A DNA stretch of 37,598 nt from an uncultured bacterium (GTDB lineage Bacteria; Abyssobacteria; SURF-5). The DNA lies in contig CAZSKP010000019.1 of assembly GCA_964607485.1 (NCBI GenBank), forward strand, positions 1 through 37,598, written 5' to 3'. A program made the position numbers and the translations under genes. Under the pieces are notes generated by a model. It worked only from the letters and a program-made list of their open reading frames with translations. It ran no database searches and had not been told where the DNA came from. Of this stretch, positions 36,153 to 37,598 are shown one piece after another (within the stretch, counting starts at the first letter, position 1; each line of letters begins with the position of its first letter).

Positions 36153-37310
36153 ATGTTGAAATCTATTCTTCGGATCGGCTGCGCCGGGCTAGTGTTGCTT
36201 GCGGGGGTGTTGTCGCCGGGATCTCAGAACAATGTTTATTCCGAGACCGCTAATAATCATCCGGCTAAATCTGTCTTCATAGATTTTTCTCTCAGTCCCT
36301 TACGTGATAGGCTGGCCGCCGTGCTTAGTAATAAAGACGGATTCAGCGGTATCAAGGTCGTGGATGTTACAAGTGGAACAGTTTTGGAAATGTTTGAGGC
36401 TCCGGATGTAAGTGATCCTGTGTGGTCTTCTGACGGCAAGCAGCTGTTCTTTCGAGCAATAACAAAAGAGCTAGATTGCGGGCAGGAATTGCCCCCAGAG
36501 GCTTTCAGTAAGCTTGCTCGAGAAGCTACTTTGGTCTACAAATATGACTTTGACAAATTCACACCTGTCGTTGAAGGATTGATTGTGCACGACCTTATGT
36601 ATTCGAAATTCCTTCAATCCCCGATTATCATCGGAATGGAAGAGTTATTTGAGCCGGGGGCTGATTGGGATGATTGGAAAGCGAGGCGTAGACCGGATCT
36701 CTGGATGATCGATTTAGGCGACCAACAGCTGCGACGATTGACCTCGGAAAACTCACTTTCAGGCAGCCCGGTCATGTCAACAGATGGCACGCTCGTTTTC
36801 TATAATCTTCTTCTTCCCCGCGAAGAGAAATGTGTCCAATTCGTGCTGGACCTGCGCACAATGGGAAAAAAACCGCTGGATTTGGGGCGTTTTTTTGATT
36901 CGTTCCTGGCCTTGTCAAAAGATAACAGGTATCTGCTGTTCACCAAGAATCCTATCGTCGAGGGCGAGGTGCAACCCAAAGGTCGTTGTTATCTGTATGA
37001 CCTTGAGAAAGGTCAGGAGACTCAGTTATTGGGCGAAGAGTTTATCGTTTGCGAAGGAGCCTTTCTTGAAAACGGAAAGACGGTGGCGCTGTTGGCAAAA
37101 GGCCCGGGAGAAGAGGAATTCAATATTTGGATAGTCAGAAATAGGCTTGGCCCCCCGGAGAAGATCACTGACACTGGTCCGCCGTCTGGCGGAAAGGGCA
37201 AGATGGCGCGGTATGATGAGACAAATCTCATATTCACCAATAATAAGAACATATATGTGGTAAATGTGGTAAGTGGTGAGAAGCGTGTGGTATATACGGT
37301 ATCCAAGTAG
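36153..37310 (+). CDS. Exported TolB-like beta-propeller protein
   Basis: Signal peptide and repeats resembling P-x-WS-x-DG (PVWSSDG, PVMSTDG, LSKDNRYL). Visibly AT-richer than the operon upstream. Confidence 0.75.
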   Translation: MLKSILRIGCAGLVLLAGVLSPGSQNNVYSETANNHPAKSVFIDFSLSPLRDRLAAVLSNKDGFSGIKVVDVTSGTVLEMFEAPDVSDPVWSSDGKQLFFRAITKELDCGQELPPEAFSKLAREATLVYKYDFDKFTPVVEGLIVHDLMYSKFLQSPIIIGMEELFEPGADWDDWKARRRPDLWMIDLGDQQLRRLTSENSLSGSPVMSTDGTLVFYNLLLPREEKCVQFVLDLRTMGKKPLDLGRFFDSFLALSKDNRYLLFTKNPIVEGEVQPKGRCYLYDLEKGQETQLLGEEFIVCEGAFLENGKTVALLAKGPGEEEFNIWIVRNRLGPPEKITDTGPPSGGKGKMARYDETNLIFTNNKNIYVVNVVSGEKRVVYTVSK

Positions 37311-37423
37311 AAGGCAGAATGTGGTCGGGCTTTTTCAGCGAAAGAGCAGGGTCAAGCTTTAGGTTGCAACATATTTTGGATTGAAGATTTGACCCTATCA
37401 ACGCAACACTAGTGAGGCACTGT

Positions 37424-37598
37424 ATGATACGCATACTTTTTCGACCGAGCTTTCCGGTAAGGTTCTTCTTTGTCATCGTCTTTTTGGTGTTCGGGTGCAT
37501 GTGTCTTGCTTCGTGCGCGCGTGCGCCGCGCGTGACGCCGCAAAAGGCTCTGGACTACGGCCAGTTCGCTCTGCGCCAACTGCCGCCCGAGGCAGATC
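37424..37598 (+). CDS. Probable lipoprotein, 3' truncated (not in the supplied ORF track)
   Basis: GAGG RBS, then MIRILFRPSFPVRFFFVIVFLVFGCMCLASCARAPRVTPQ..., with a lipobox LASC. The frame is open to the window end. Confidence 0.65.
   Translation, partial: MIRILFRPSFPVRFFFVIVFLVFGCMCLASCARAPRVTPQKALDYGQFALRQLPPEAD

Overview
Gene-dense, GC-rich bacterial chromosomal window, probably from a diderm anaerobe of Deltaproteobacteria-like or candidate-phylum character (inferred from gene content only). No rRNA, tRNA, CRISPR array, integrase or transposase was recognised. Left part (1-14.5 kb): the 3' end of a CFI-box-CTERM surface protein; c-di-GMP and signalling genes (REC-HD-GYP, PilZ, Zn-ribbon/FHA membrane protein); a MOT1-type molybdate transporter and a molbindin; an AT-richer orphan followed by a perfect 21-bp REP-like palindrome; an enoyl-CoA hydratase; a DadA/PuuB-type oxidase; an ODP (di-iron O2 sensor)-adenylate cyclase fusion; and a membrane-anchored Hsp20. 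Middle (14.7-20 kb): a co-oriented catabolic cluster of MBL hydrolase, D-aminoacylase, non-pyrrolysine MttB methyltransferase and a divergent PLP gamma-lyase. Right part (20.4-37.6 kb): leuS followed by a tightly coupled run of a double YVTN beta-propeller protein, a degenerate Zn-PLC/nuclease-like::SLT fusion, a fused sugar-binding-protein::permease, a second permease, a SPOR-SpoIID lipoprotein, NamZ, NagZ and AnmK. The best candidate for an undescribed system is this run, read as an AmpG-independent peptidoglycan-glycan recycling or scavenging pathway built around a CUT1 ABC importer. The ODP-cyclase fusion is the second candidate. All family calls come from motif recognition by eye, not database searches.
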